From assembly GCA_047602425.1 (NCBI GenBank), contig JASGHG010000001.1, positions 4,160,001 through 4,224,000 on the forward strand: DNA of 64,000 nt, in the 5' to 3' direction. Below, in pieces: positions 43,880 to 53,577 of this stretch. The stretch is from Nibricoccus sp. GTDB lineage: Bacteria > Verrucomicrobiota > Verrucomicrobiia > Opitutales > Opitutaceae. A program made the position numbers and the translations under genes. Each line of letters opens with the position of its first letter. Position 1 is the first letter of the stretch. Below the pieces are notes generated by a model that did not search any database, was not told where the DNA came from, and saw only the letters and a list, made by a program, of their open reading frames with translations.

Positions 43880-45760
43880 ATGAAAACACCTCTGTGCCTC
43901 GCCCTCTCGCTCGCCACCGTTGTTTCCGCGACCGCCAAGCCCGAGACAAATAAACGCGCTGAAATTCCCGCCCAATACAAATGGGATTACACGCCGATTT
44001 TCGCCAATTGGGATGCCTGGGAAGAAGGGCTCAAGCAGATGCAAGCCAAGATGGACGCCTATGCGGCATTGAAAGGTACATTGGCGAAAGGCCCGGAGGC
44101 GTTGCTGCATGCGTTCAAATTGAGCGACGAGATCGGCCAGCTGCAGTATCGGGTTTATGGGTACACGTCGCTCCAACGCGACACCGATACACGCGACAAC
44201 GCCATGAATGCCCGCCTTCAACGCGTACAGACTATTTTCGCCCGTTTCGGCACGGCTACGGCATGGTTTACGCCCGAACTACTCACGATTCCACAATCCA
44301 AGGTGGAGAAATGGATCGCCGATACGCCCGCGCTGGCGCCGTACCGTTTTCCCATTCTGGAAACCTTTCGCCAGGCGAAACACGTGCTCGACGAAAAAGG
44401 CGAACGCCTGCTTTCCCTTGCGTCACAGCTGGGCCAATCGCCCGCCGCCACTTTTAGTGAACTGAGCACCAGCGACATCAAGTTTCCAAAAATCAAACTG
44501 ACTGACGGTCGCGAAGTCACGCTCACGCCCGGCGTTTACCAGCAAATTCTCAACACCGAGCCGAACCAGGTTGACCGCGCCAAGGCTTGGGAGGCCTATT
44601 ACCAAACGTATGCGGCCAACATCAACACCTACGCCTCGCTCTACAACGGCGTGTTGCAACGCGATTGGTATCAGGCCCAGGCGCGCAATTTCTCGACCAC
44701 GCTTGAAGCCTCCCTCGATCACAACGCCATTCCCGCGTCGGTTGTCGAAACCCTCGTTTCCGTCACGCGTGCCGGCGCCGGACCGCTCCAGCGCTATGCA
44801 AAATTGCGCAAGAAACTCCTCGGGTTGGAAACCTATCATATCTACGACAACTTTGCCCCGATTTTCCAAGTGAACATGAAAGTTCCTTACGAGGAAGGCG
44901 CGAAACTGGTGCTGGATTCCGTCGCGCCGCTTGGCAACGACTACGTCGAGAAATACAAAAAATTCGTCACCGGCGGCCGCGTTGATGTCTACGAAAACGA
45001 AGGAAAGCGCAGCGGTGCCTATTGCGACAGCGTATATGGCGTCGGTCCGTATTTGTTGCTCAACTACACCGATACGCTCGACGACGTATTCACCTTTGCC
45101 CACGAAGGCGGTCACGCCATGCATACGGTGCTTTCGTTCGAAACGCAGCCGTTCGCCACGGCAGATTATACGATCTTCGTCGCCGAGGTGGCTTCAACGA
45201 CCAACGAACGTTTCCTTTTGAACAAGCTTCTCGAACAAACGACCGACCCGAAAGAGCGCTTTGTGCTGCTGCAAAACGCGGTCGACGCGATTGTGAGCAC
45301 CTATTACACTCAGGTGCTCTTCGCCGACTACGAGTTGCAAGCGCACAAGCTGGTTGAGCAGGGCCAATCGATCACGGCCGAGGTATTGAATAATATTTAT
45401 CTGAAGTTACTGCGCGACTACTACGGCGAGGCCGTGACGGTCGACGACCTCTATAAGGTGACATGGGCGCGCATACCGCATTTCTACCAATCGCCGTATT
45501 ATGTTTATCAATACGCGACCTGCTTTGCTTCCTCGGCCAAGCTGGTGAAGGCGATGACGACCGGTGACGCGGCCTCCCGCAAGGCGGCGACCGAGCGTTA
45601 TCTCACCCTCTTGCGCAGCGGCGGCAATGACCACCCCATGGAGCAGCTGCGCAAAGCCGGCGTCGATCTGAGCCAGCGTGAAACCATCCAGGCTGTTATC
45701 GACCAGATGGACGAACTTGTGACGCGGCTCGAAGCCGAGGCGGCGAAGATTAAAAAGTGA
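43880..45760 (+). CDS. pepF: Oligoendopeptidase F (M3B) with signal peptide
   Basis: GKRSGAY, HEGGHAMH, AEVAST.NE and WARIPHFY..PYYVYQYAT. Start set at the ATG at 43880. Confidence 0.93.
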   Translation: MKTPLCLALSLATVVSATAKPETNKRAEIPAQYKWDYTPIFANWDAWEEGLKQMQAKMDAYAALKGTLAKGPEALLHAFKLSDEIGQLQYRVYGYTSLQRDTDTRDNAMNARLQRVQTIFARFGTATAWFTPELLTIPQSKVEKWIADTPALAPYRFPILETFRQAKHVLDEKGERLLSLASQLGQSPAATFSELSTSDIKFPKIKLTDGREVTLTPGVYQQILNTEPNQVDRAKAWEAYYQTYAANINTYASLYNGVLQRDWYQAQARNFSTTLEASLDHNAIPASVVETLVSVTRAGAGPLQRYAKLRKKLLGLETYHIYDNFAPIFQVNMKVPYEEGAKLVLDSVAPLGNDYVEKYKKFVTGGRVDVYENEGKRSGAYCDSVYGVGPYLLLNYTDTLDDVFTFAHEGGHAMHTVLSFETQPFATADYTIFVAEVASTTNERFLLNKLLEQTTDPKERFVLLQNAVDAIVSTYYTQVLFADYELQAHKLVEQGQSITAEVLNNIYLKLLRDYYGEAVTVDDLYKVTWARIPHFYQSPYYVYQYATCFASSAKLVKAMTTGDAASRKAATERYLTLLRSGGNDHPMEQLRKAGVDLSQRETIQAVIDQMDELVTRLEAEAAKIKK

Positions 45761-45811
45761 GGCCGGAGGCGCGATATTTGCATCTCGTGGTTGTGGTGCA
45801 CTGAGCCCATT

Positions 45812-45877
45812 CGGCCGACGTGGAAGTCGGCCCTCCACGCAGGCGGTTTCCTGGAGGGCGGAGTTCCACCTCCGCCG
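45812..45877. repeat. GGAG-type REP-like doublet between convergent pepF and corA
   Basis: tggagggccgacttccacgtcggccg (minus, 45812-45837) and tggagggcggagttccacctccgccg (plus, 45852-45877), with compensatory stem changes. Confidence 0.8.
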
Positions 45878-45884
45878 ATTTCTT

Positions 45885-46856
45885 CTACAGCCACTTTCGC
45901 CGGCGCATGAACACGTAGGTGGCGAAGGTGCCAAAGAGCGTGAGGCCGAAAGCCAGCGGATAGCCTCCGGCCCAGCCGAGTTCGTGCATGTTCTGATAGT
46001 TCATGCCGAACCAGCCGCCAATCAATAAGGCGGGAAAAGTGAGCGCGGTGATGGCGGTGAGCACGCGAATGCCTGCGTTCGCCACGCTGCTGGACTTGTT
46101 CAGGTAAATGCGGAACGAAATAATGAGCTGTTCGGCCCAAGCCTGGGTTTGCGTTTCGAAACGGCCAAGCTCTTCCGCGAGATCGCGGAGGTAGGGCGTG
46201 ATTGCGCTTCGGATGAAATAGTTTTTCCCCTGGGCGAGTTCGGCGGCGATTTCGCGTTGCGGACGCACGAGCTGACGAAGGCGCGACAGTTGTTTGCGCA
46301 AGGCAACAACCTTGGGAAAGAGCTCATCAGCCGAAATCTCGTGCAACACTCCATCTTCAACATGGTCGATCTCACGACGCACGGCTTCGAGCGCGGGTTT
46401 GTAGGCTTCGACCATCCGGTCCAGGATGGCGTGGGCGAAGCGATCCGGACCGCGCACCAACGTCCCTTGATTGCGCAGGTAGTGATCGTGCGTGGCGGTG
46501 ATGGCTGCGAGCGGTTGTTTGTGAAAGGTGACGAGGTAATTTTTCCCGAGGAACAGATCGAGCTCGATGGTTTTGAAATCGTCTTCGCCGGCTGCGGCGA
46601 TGGCGTGCATGACGAGATAGATGTGTTCGTCGTAGGATTCGAGCTTTGGAAACGGATTGTCGCTGACGCAGTCCTCGATGGCCAGTGGATGGAAGGCAAA
46701 AAGCTTTTCGAGGATCTGCTTCGTCTCGTCGTCAGTGGGGGCGGAGAGGTCGACCCAAAGCATGGTATTTGGTTCGGCTCGCAGCATGATCAATTCGTCG
46801 GGAGAGGGATCCTGGGCGACGAGCTTGTGATCGCGGTAGACGAGCGTAGTGATCAT
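45885..46856 (-). CDS. corA: CorA-family Mg2+/Co2+ transporter
   Basis: FHPLAIEDC, ELDLFLG...VTFH and FGMNY..M.EL. Start set at the ATG at 46856. Confidence 0.92.
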   Translation of the reverse strand: MITTLVYRDHKLVAQDPSPDELIMLRAEPNTMLWVDLSAPTDDETKQILEKLFAFHPLAIEDCVSDNPFPKLESYDEHIYLVMHAIAAAGEDDFKTIELDLFLGKNYLVTFHKQPLAAITATHDHYLRNQGTLVRGPDRFAHAILDRMVEAYKPALEAVRREIDHVEDGVLHEISADELFPKVVALRKQLSRLRQLVRPQREIAAELAQGKNYFIRSAITPYLRDLAEELGRFETQTQAWAEQLIISFRIYLNKSSSVANAGIRVLTAITALTFPALLIGGWFGMNYQNMHELGWAGGYPLAFGLTLFGTFATYVFMRRRKWL

Positions 46857-46881
46857 GGCGGACGCGATAGGGAACCGGTGA

Positions 46882-47850
46882 TTAGATCCAGCGGCGCTTT
46901 TTGCACCACCACCACATGGCGGCCGTGCTGAGCACCATGACCACGAGTGCAATGGGGTAGCCGTATGCGGATTTGAGCTCGGGCATGTGTTCGAAATTCA
47001 TGCCGTACCAGGTGCCGATGATGGTCGCGGGCAGGGTAAGGGCGGTGAGGGCGGTCAGCGCCTTGATGCCTTCGTTGGCCTGAAAGTCGGATTTGCTCAG
47101 ATAGAGATCGAAGGAGATAAGAAGCTGGTCGGCATAGGACGACGCCATTTCGTCGATGCGGAGGAGTTCGTCGCGCAAGTCGCGAAAATAGGGCAGCATG
47201 ATGGCGCGAACGTGTTTGTTTTCGCCATGGGCGAGTCGGTTCACGACGTCGCGTTGCGGGCGGACGATTTGGCGGAGATTATTGATGTCGCTGCGGACGT
47301 GGAGGAGTTTTGAAATGAGGCTTTCGTCGGCCTTGGTAAGGACAACCTCCTCGATTTCCTCCAGTTCGGCGCGGAGCTCGTCGAGCACGGGTTTGTAATT
47401 GTCGACGAGCAGGTCGAGCACGCTATGGGCGAGGCGATCGGGACCGCGAGCCACGACACCGGTGGCCTTGGCGCAGCGGTCGAGCGCGGATTGCACGGAC
47501 CGAAGCGGCTTGCGATGGAAGGTGACGAGAAAATCCTTGCCGAGAAAGAGATCGAGTTCGGTGGTGTTGAACTTTTCGGTGCGGGTAAAATCGACGGCGT
47601 GGGTGACCATGAAGAGATGGTCGTCGTAGTCTTCGATTTTCGGAAGGGAACTGGGAGTGACGCAGTCCTCGATTTCGAGGGGGTGAAACTGGAAAACGCC
47701 TTCGAGAATGGTTTTTATTTCTTCGGGTGTTGGGTCATCGAGGTCCACCCACAGCATGAGACCCTTGTCGGCGCGCACGAGCCGGAGAGCTTCGACTTCG
47801 AGGTCGCGGCCGACAGCTTTTCCTTCACTGAAAACAAAAGAGTGAATCAT
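46882..47850 (-). CDS. corA: CorA-family Mg2+/Co2+ transporter
   Basis: FHPLEIEDC and YGMNFEHMPEL. Confidence 0.94.
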   Translation of the reverse strand: MIHSFVFSEGKAVGRDLEVEALRLVRADKGLMLWVDLDDPTPEEIKTILEGVFQFHPLEIEDCVTPSSLPKIEDYDDHLFMVTHAVDFTRTEKFNTTELDLFLGKDFLVTFHRKPLRSVQSALDRCAKATGVVARGPDRLAHSVLDLLVDNYKPVLDELRAELEEIEEVVLTKADESLISKLLHVRSDINNLRQIVRPQRDVVNRLAHGENKHVRAIMLPYFRDLRDELLRIDEMASSYADQLLISFDLYLSKSDFQANEGIKALTALTALTLPATIIGTWYGMNFEHMPELKSAYGYPIALVVMVLSTAAMWWWCKKRRWI

Positions 47851-47984
47851 GGGTGAGGATCGGTCTGGGTTTCACGATTGCCGAGAGTCGCGCGGCGGCA
47901 AGCCCAAGGTGCCTGGTTCGTCGGTTTTCCTCTTTCGTTGGAAACGGCTGGAGTTGAAGGCGAGCATGGGTTTGTTTTCTGCGC

Positions 47985-50070
47985 ATGAAAACAAAACGCT
48001 TGTTTCAACGGCTGGTAGGATTGGCGCTGGGCATTTTTGCAATAAACTCGGTGAGGGCGGACGAAGGCATGTGGTTGCTCAACGCGCCGCCAATGCAAAC
48101 CTTGAAGGACCGGTACGGGTTTGAGCCGACGCCTGCATGGCTTGAGCATGTGCAGAAGTCCGCCGTACGTTTTAATAGCGGTGGTTCGGGTTCCTTCGTT
48201 TCGCCGGACGGGTTGATCGTCACGAACCATCACGTCGGGCAGGACGATTTGCAGAAGTTGAGCGATGAAAAAAATAATTACGTGCGCGACGGTTTTCGCG
48301 CCAAGACGCGAGCCGAGGAAATTCGTTGCGTCGACCTGGAGTTGAACGTGCTGATGTCGATCGACGACGTGACTGCACGCGTAAACGCAGCGGTAAAACC
48401 GGGACTGAACGCGGCGGAGGCTTTTGCCGCACGACGCGCCATCAAGGCTGAGATTGAAAAGGAATCGTTGGATAAAACCGGGCTGCGAAGCGACGTGGTT
48501 ACTCTTTATCAAGGCGCGCAGTACCATCTGTATCGATTTAAGAAATACACCGACGTGCGCCTGGTCTTCGCGCCGGAGCAGCAGGCGGCGTTTTTCGGCG
48601 GCGATCCGGATAATTTCGAATATCCGCGTTATGACTTGGATTTTTGCCTGTTTCGCGCCTACGAGAATGGCAAACCCGCCAGGATCGAGCACTATTTGAA
48701 ATGGAGCGAAAAAGGCGCGACGGAAGACGAACTGGTTTTTGTGGTGGGACATCCTGGTTCGACCAGCCGGCTTTTCACTTACGCCGAGCTTGCCGACGCG
48801 CGCGATCGCCGCACGCCGAAGGCCTTGGAATGGCTCAAGGCGCAGGAGGTTTTGATGCTGAGTTATAGCGCACGCAGCACCGAAAACGCCCGTCGGGCTC
48901 ACGATCTATTGTTTAGCTACCAGAATTCTCGCAAAGCTCTCGACGGCCAGCTGGCCGGGCTGCTCGATCCAAAGGTCTTCGAACGCAAACGAGCCGAAGA
49001 AGAGCGTCTGAAAAAACTCGCTGACGAACGGCCGGAGTTTGCCGATGTGCGGACGGCCTGGGATGCAATTGCGACGGCGCAAAAAACCATCGCGACTACT
49101 TCGGCGCAGTTCAACCTGCTCGAACGTTTTGCCGACCGTGGCAGCACGCTGTTTTCGATCGCGCGCGCGCTTTATCGCTCTGCGGCGGAAAAAGCCAAGC
49201 CGAGTGGCCAGCGGCTGCGCGAGTATCGCGATTCGAATCGGGCATCCTTCGAACTCGCGCTGTTTTCCGACGAACCGATCTACGACGATCTCGAACAATT
49301 GCGGCTGGAGGCGTATCTGGTGATGTTGGCGACACAGCTGGGTGCCGACGACCCGCTGGTACAGGCCGCGCTGGGAGGCAAGTCGCCGCGCGAACGTGCC
49401 GCCGAACTGGTCAGTGGAACCAAAATCAAGGATGTTGCCACGCGCAAGCAGTTGTACGCTCTCGATGAAGCCGCGATGGCAAAGGCGGTCGCGAGCGACG
49501 CATTGCTTGGGCTTGCGCAGACAATTGATGCGGACCGCGCGAAGTGCACGCAAAGCCATCGAGGAATTGAACGAGGTGAAGGAGCAGGCGCAGGCGAAAA
49601 TCTCGCGTGTGCGTTACGCACTCGACGGCAGCCGGATTTATCCGGACGCCACCTTTACGCTCCGCATGGCGTTTGGAACAATCAAAGGATACGATGAAAA
49701 CGGGCAGCGAGTGGCTCCGTTTACAATGTTGGCAGGGATGTACGCGCGTTCGGCAGCACACGAAGGGAAAGCTCCTTTTGATTTACCGGCGCGCTGGCAT
49801 GCTCAAAAGAACAAAGTTGGTCCGATCACGCCGATGAATTTTGTGAGCACGTGCGACATCATTGGCGGCAACTCGGGCAGTCCGACCCTGAACCGGGCCG
49901 GTGAATTCGTTGGCATTATTTTCGACGGAAACATCCAGTCGCTCGTTGCGGATTTTGCCTATACCGACAAACAGGCAAGGGCCGTCTCCGTGGATGCGCG
50001 AATTATCATCGAGGCTCTGCGAAATGTCTACGGCGCGGGCGAAATCGCAGACGAGTTGTTGGGGAAATGA
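47985..50070 (+). pseudogene. S46-family dipeptidyl peptidase, frameshifted near 49533 (pseudogene or sequencing error)
   Basis: ORF1 has ADEGMW, GSFVS.DGL..TNHHV and FGGD.DNF.YPR; ORF2 in another frame has YPDATFTLR and DIIGGNSGSP. Confidence 0.85.
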
Positions 50071-50082
50071 ACGAACCGTTTC

Positions 50083-50216
50083 ACAGAAGGTAATGCAAAA
50101 ACGAAGATGTGATGGTTATTCGATACTTGGTTGGCAGAACTTGGGTCTATCCGCCGAGAAAAGTGAAAGATGAACCGCGAAAACGTGAGTCTCTCGTTAT
50201 CTTGGTTGCCTTCTGT
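50083..50216. repeat. ACAGAAG-type inverted-arm element
   Basis: acagaaggtaatgcaaaaacgaag ... ctcgttatcttggttgccttctgt. Confidence 0.7.
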
Positions 50217-50235
50217 TACGTTTAAATTGGAAGGC

Positions 50236-50266
50236 AAAACCGCCGTCCCACGAGGGGGGCGGCGGT
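50236..50266 (-). terminator. Intrinsic terminator (minus strand)
   Basis: accgccgtccc-acga-ggggggcggcggt hairpin with a short A tract on + (U tract on -). Confidence 0.7.
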
Positions 50267-50442
50267 ATCGTTAGCGGGCGGTTGGCCCGTTTTTGCGGTC
50301 GTTAGACTGCGTTGTTCTGTTTACGGGAGAACTCTAACAAGATCAAACTGGCTGGATCGCGAAGTCAGTCAACTGTCCAGACTGTGTTCGCATGAGTTAT
50401 TAGAACATTGAAACGTGCGTTCGGAAGCTAGGCGCTCTTATG

Positions 50443-51213
50443 TCAAAGCCGGCGGTAATCGCCGCGGCTGAAATATTTTTCGAGCCAGATGTAGGCGCAG
50501 ATAAAAAAATAACGGCTGCCCATTTCCTTGATCTTAAGTTTGGCTACGCCGTGCTTGCGGTTCTTCCACGAAATGGGGGCGACCGCCCACGAATAGCCGC
50601 GCACGATGGCCTTGAGCGGAAGCTCGACCGTGAGGTTGAAATGCGGCGAGAGCAGGGGACGGCAACCGTCGATCACTGTGCGGCGGTAGGCCTTAAACGC
50701 GTTGGTGGTGTCGTTGAGGCCGTGGCGAAACCCGAGCCGGACAAGGAAATTGGCGAGACGGTTAACACGAAGCTTGAGCCACGGATAGTCGACGACCTGA
50801 CTGCCTTTCATGAAACGACTACCGAAGGCGCATTCGTAGCCTTGGTCATTGAGGAGACGCCAATAGGTGATCGCGTCGGCCGGTGAATCGGAGGCATCCG
50901 CCATCATGATGACACAGGCGTCGCCCCTCATGGCATTGAGGCCGAAGATGATCGCGCGGCCGAAGCCATGAGGGCCGGGATTTTGCACCGGTGCCAAAGT
51001 CGGAATTTCGGCCTTGAGCGATTGTAGTACGGACCAGGTTTTGTCCGAACTGCCGTCGTCGATCACGACGATCTCATGGGGAATGTTGACGGCGGTGAAC
51101 GCGGAGTGGATTTCCCGCAGCGTTTCCGGAAGCGATTCCTCCTCGTCGCGGGCCGGAATGATCACCGAATAGAGCGAGAGTGTGCCTGGCGGATGTTTTG
51201 GCGGTGGCTGCAT
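50443..51213 (-). CDS. GT2 glycosyltransferase (polyprenol-phosphate glycosyltransferase/DPM1-like)
   Basis: SVIIPA.DEE, VIDDGS.D, GFG.A, MMAD.SD, GSRF, D.TNAFKAY and R..G..K. Confidence 0.88.
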   Translation of the reverse strand: MQPPPKHPPGTLSLYSVIIPARDEEESLPETLREIHSAFTAVNIPHEIVVIDDGSSDKTWSVLQSLKAEIPTLAPVQNPGPHGFGRAIIFGLNAMRGDACVIMMADASDSPADAITYWRLLNDQGYECAFGSRFMKGSQVVDYPWLKLRVNRLANFLVRLGFRHGLNDTTNAFKAYRRTVIDGCRPLLSPHFNLTVELPLKAIVRGYSWAVAPISWKNRKHGVAKLKIKEMGSRYFFICAYIWLEKYFSRGDYRRL

Positions 51214-51228
51214 GATCGGTTAAGAAGG

Positions 51229-52299
51229 TCAGCGCGGGGCGGAAAGGTCGAGCCAGTTTGAATTTGCGGCGGCATGCGCGGCGATCTCCGAAAGAATCGC
51301 ATCTGTGTTGGTCTGCGGATGCCAACCCCAGATACGGGCAGCCTTGGCGGAATCGAGAATCATCCAGGGGATGTCGAAGGGACGGGGTGTGTTGTCGGTG
51401 GCGATAGGGTTGGGACCAAATTTCGCATCGCACCAATCGGTCAACTGGCGAAGCGAGCGGGCGGAAGCGGTACCGCCGGAGCAATTGACGATCCGGTCGT
51501 CAACCGGAAGGCGTGGCGAGACGAATTGCTTTTCGAGGAGCGGCAGCAAATCGCGCGGGTGCAGACAGTCGCGGACTTGATAACCATGCCCTCCGAAACC
51601 GATGTATTTGAGCGGTCGGCGGCGCAGGTGACTGTTGATCCAGTAGGCAAAAATGCCCTGATCGGCCCGACCGAACTGGCCGGCACCAGCAAGGACGCCG
51701 CACCGGTTGATGAAGACAGGCAAATTGAACGTTTCGCCGTATTCGAGCGCGAGCGCTTCGGATGCGAGTTTGGTCGCGCCGTAAAGCGAGACGGGAGCTT
51801 GCGTGCTGAAAGTTTCGTCTACCCCGGCGGCGGTCAGCCCGGGGGGCAGACTGCGCGTCGTCGATGATGGACAAAAGGCATGGGCGACGGCGTCGACCGC
51901 GAGATTGGCAAGTGGTGGAATTGAGTAGACCCGGCTGGTGCTGAGCAGGATGAAACCAGCGCGGTGTTGCTTGCAATATTCCAGCATATTGATCGTGCCG
52001 ACGAGGTTGTGATCGAGCAATTCGCGAGAACTTGTTTTGCCGTCTACACCGGCGAGCACGCTGGGATTGGCGGCGGCATCGATGACAAAATCACTGGCGG
52101 GCAAGGACTCCATAGCAGCGATGTCACGCAAATCGGCGGTGAGGACTTTTGCGCCGAGTTTCTGCAAAGGCTCGCGGTTGGTTTCGCTGCCGGGACGGAT
52201 GTAGTTATCGAAACCGATGACTTGATGTCCACGTGCGATAAGCTCACGGGCCAGGGCGCTGCCCACGAAACCGCAGATGCCTGTGATGAGGATACGCAT
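51229..52299 (-). CDS. NAD-dependent epimerase/dehydratase (CDP-tyvelose epimerase-like)
   Basis: ITG.CGFVG, STSRVY, YGATK, QFG..DQG and G.QVRD.LH..D. Confidence 0.85.
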   Translation of the reverse strand: MRILITGICGFVGSALARELIARGHQVIGFDNYIRPGSETNREPLQKLGAKVLTADLRDIAAMESLPASDFVIDAAANPSVLAGVDGKTSSRELLDHNLVGTINMLEYCKQHRAGFILLSTSRVYSIPPLANLAVDAVAHAFCPSSTTRSLPPGLTAAGVDETFSTQAPVSLYGATKLASEALALEYGETFNLPVFINRCGVLAGAGQFGRADQGIFAYWINSHLRRRPLKYIGFGGHGYQVRDCLHPRDLLPLLEKQFVSPRLPVDDRIVNCSGGTASARSLRQLTDWCDAKFGPNPIATDNTPRPFDIPWMILDSAKAARIWGWHPQTNTDAILSEIAAHAAANSNWLDLSAPR

Positions 52300-52317
52300 G
52301 AGATCGAGAGAAGGACA

Positions 52318-52483
52318 GTTACACAGAGGGCACGAGAGGAGGAGCGGAGGTCACGGAGAAAGTGAGCCCACGTTGGATTTTTTGCATCCCGAAGCCCACA
52401 GCTGGCGTGGGGACGCTCGAATTGGGAAAGCGCCTCTCGGCCCTCGGTATTTCTCCCTGTGTTCTCTGTGCAACCATTCCGAA
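52318..52483. repeat. GTTACACAGAG-terminated inverted-arm element, second copy
   Basis: gttacacagag...ctctgtgcaac+cattccgaa, as at 11690-11800. Confidence 0.85.
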
Positions 52484-52488
52484 AATTT

Positions 52489-53550
52489 TCATGCCTTTGG
52501 GCGGTTTTTCCACGCGTCGACGATTTGGCGGATGGTTTCTTCGAGCGATTGGGTGATGTCCCACGACGGATAATGGGTGCGCATTTTACGGAGGTCGGAA
52601 TAGTAGCAGATGTGGTCCCCAATGCGGTTCTGGTCGACGTAGGTAAAAACCTGGGGCTTGCCGGTGAATTTTTCGGCGATCTTGAAGGCTTCAAGAATCG
52701 ACGTGCTGTTGGCCTTGCCGCCGCCGAGATTGTAGACCTCACCGACACGCGGGGCGCCAACGAATGCGGCCATGAAACGGGCGACGTCGAGCGAGTGAAT
52801 GTTGTCGCGCACCTGTTTGCCCTTGTAACCGAAAACCTTGTACTCGCGGCCTTCGAGGTTACACTTTACGAGATAGCTGAGGAAGCCGTGGAGCTCGACG
52901 CCAGAATGGTTCGGGCCGGTGAGGCAACCGCCGCGCAGGCAGCAGGTCGGCAAATTGAAATAGCGGCCGTATTCCTGAACCATGACGTCAGCGGCGACTT
53001 TTGAGGCGCCGAAGAGTGAGTGCTTGGATTGGTCGATGGTGAAAGTTTCGGCGATGCCGTTTTCGTAAGCCGGATCGGCGTAGTCCCAACGGGTGGGAAG
53101 CTCCCGCAGCGCGATGGCATTGGGCGCATCGCCGTAAACTTTATTCGTGCTCATGTGCACGAACGGCGACTCGGGGCAGGCCTGACGGGCGGCTTCAAGG
53201 AGATTAAGCGTGCCCACGGCGTTGGTGTCGAAATCGTCGAACGGAATCGCGGCGGCGCGATCGTGCGAAGGCTGGGCCGCGGTGTGAACGATAGCGGCGG
53301 GTTTAAGCTGTTTAACCAGTGCGAGGACTCCCGCGCGGTCACGAATATCGAGCTCGTGATGTTGAAATCCCGGAAGATCCTTGATGAGGCGTTGCTGGTT
53401 CCAGCGTGTATCGCCTTGAGCACCGAAAAACACGGCACGCTGATTATTGTCGACACCGTGGACGGTGTAACCGAGCTCCCGCGCGAAATACACACAGACT
53501 TCGGATCCGATTAGTCCGGATGAACCAGTGACAAGGAGAATTTTGGACAT
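52489..53550 (-). CDS. NAD-dependent epimerase/dehydratase (CDP-tyvelose epimerase-like)
   Basis: [36 protein letters not shown] and GKQVRD. Confidence 0.88.
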   Translation of the reverse strand: MSKILLVTGSSGLIGSEVCVYFARELGYTVHGVDNNQRAVFFGAQGDTRWNQQRLIKDLPGFQHHELDIRDRAGVLALVKQLKPAAIVHTAAQPSHDRAAAIPFDDFDTNAVGTLNLLEAARQACPESPFVHMSTNKVYGDAPNAIALRELPTRWDYADPAYENGIAETFTIDQSKHSLFGASKVAADVMVQEYGRYFNLPTCCLRGGCLTGPNHSGVELHGFLSYLVKCNLEGREYKVFGYKGKQVRDNIHSLDVARFMAAFVGAPRVGEVYNLGGGKANSTSILEAFKIAEKFTGKPQVFTYVDQNRIGDHICYYSDLRKMRTHYPSWDITQSLEETIRQIVDAWKNRPKA

Positions 53551-53577
53551 GAGTTGGCGTTGAGAAGACGAACCGTT

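Noticed and set aside
50301..50338. attC site or tracrRNA
   Set aside because: GTT..AAC order is the reverse of attC, and there is no CRISPR repeat or cas gene to pair with.
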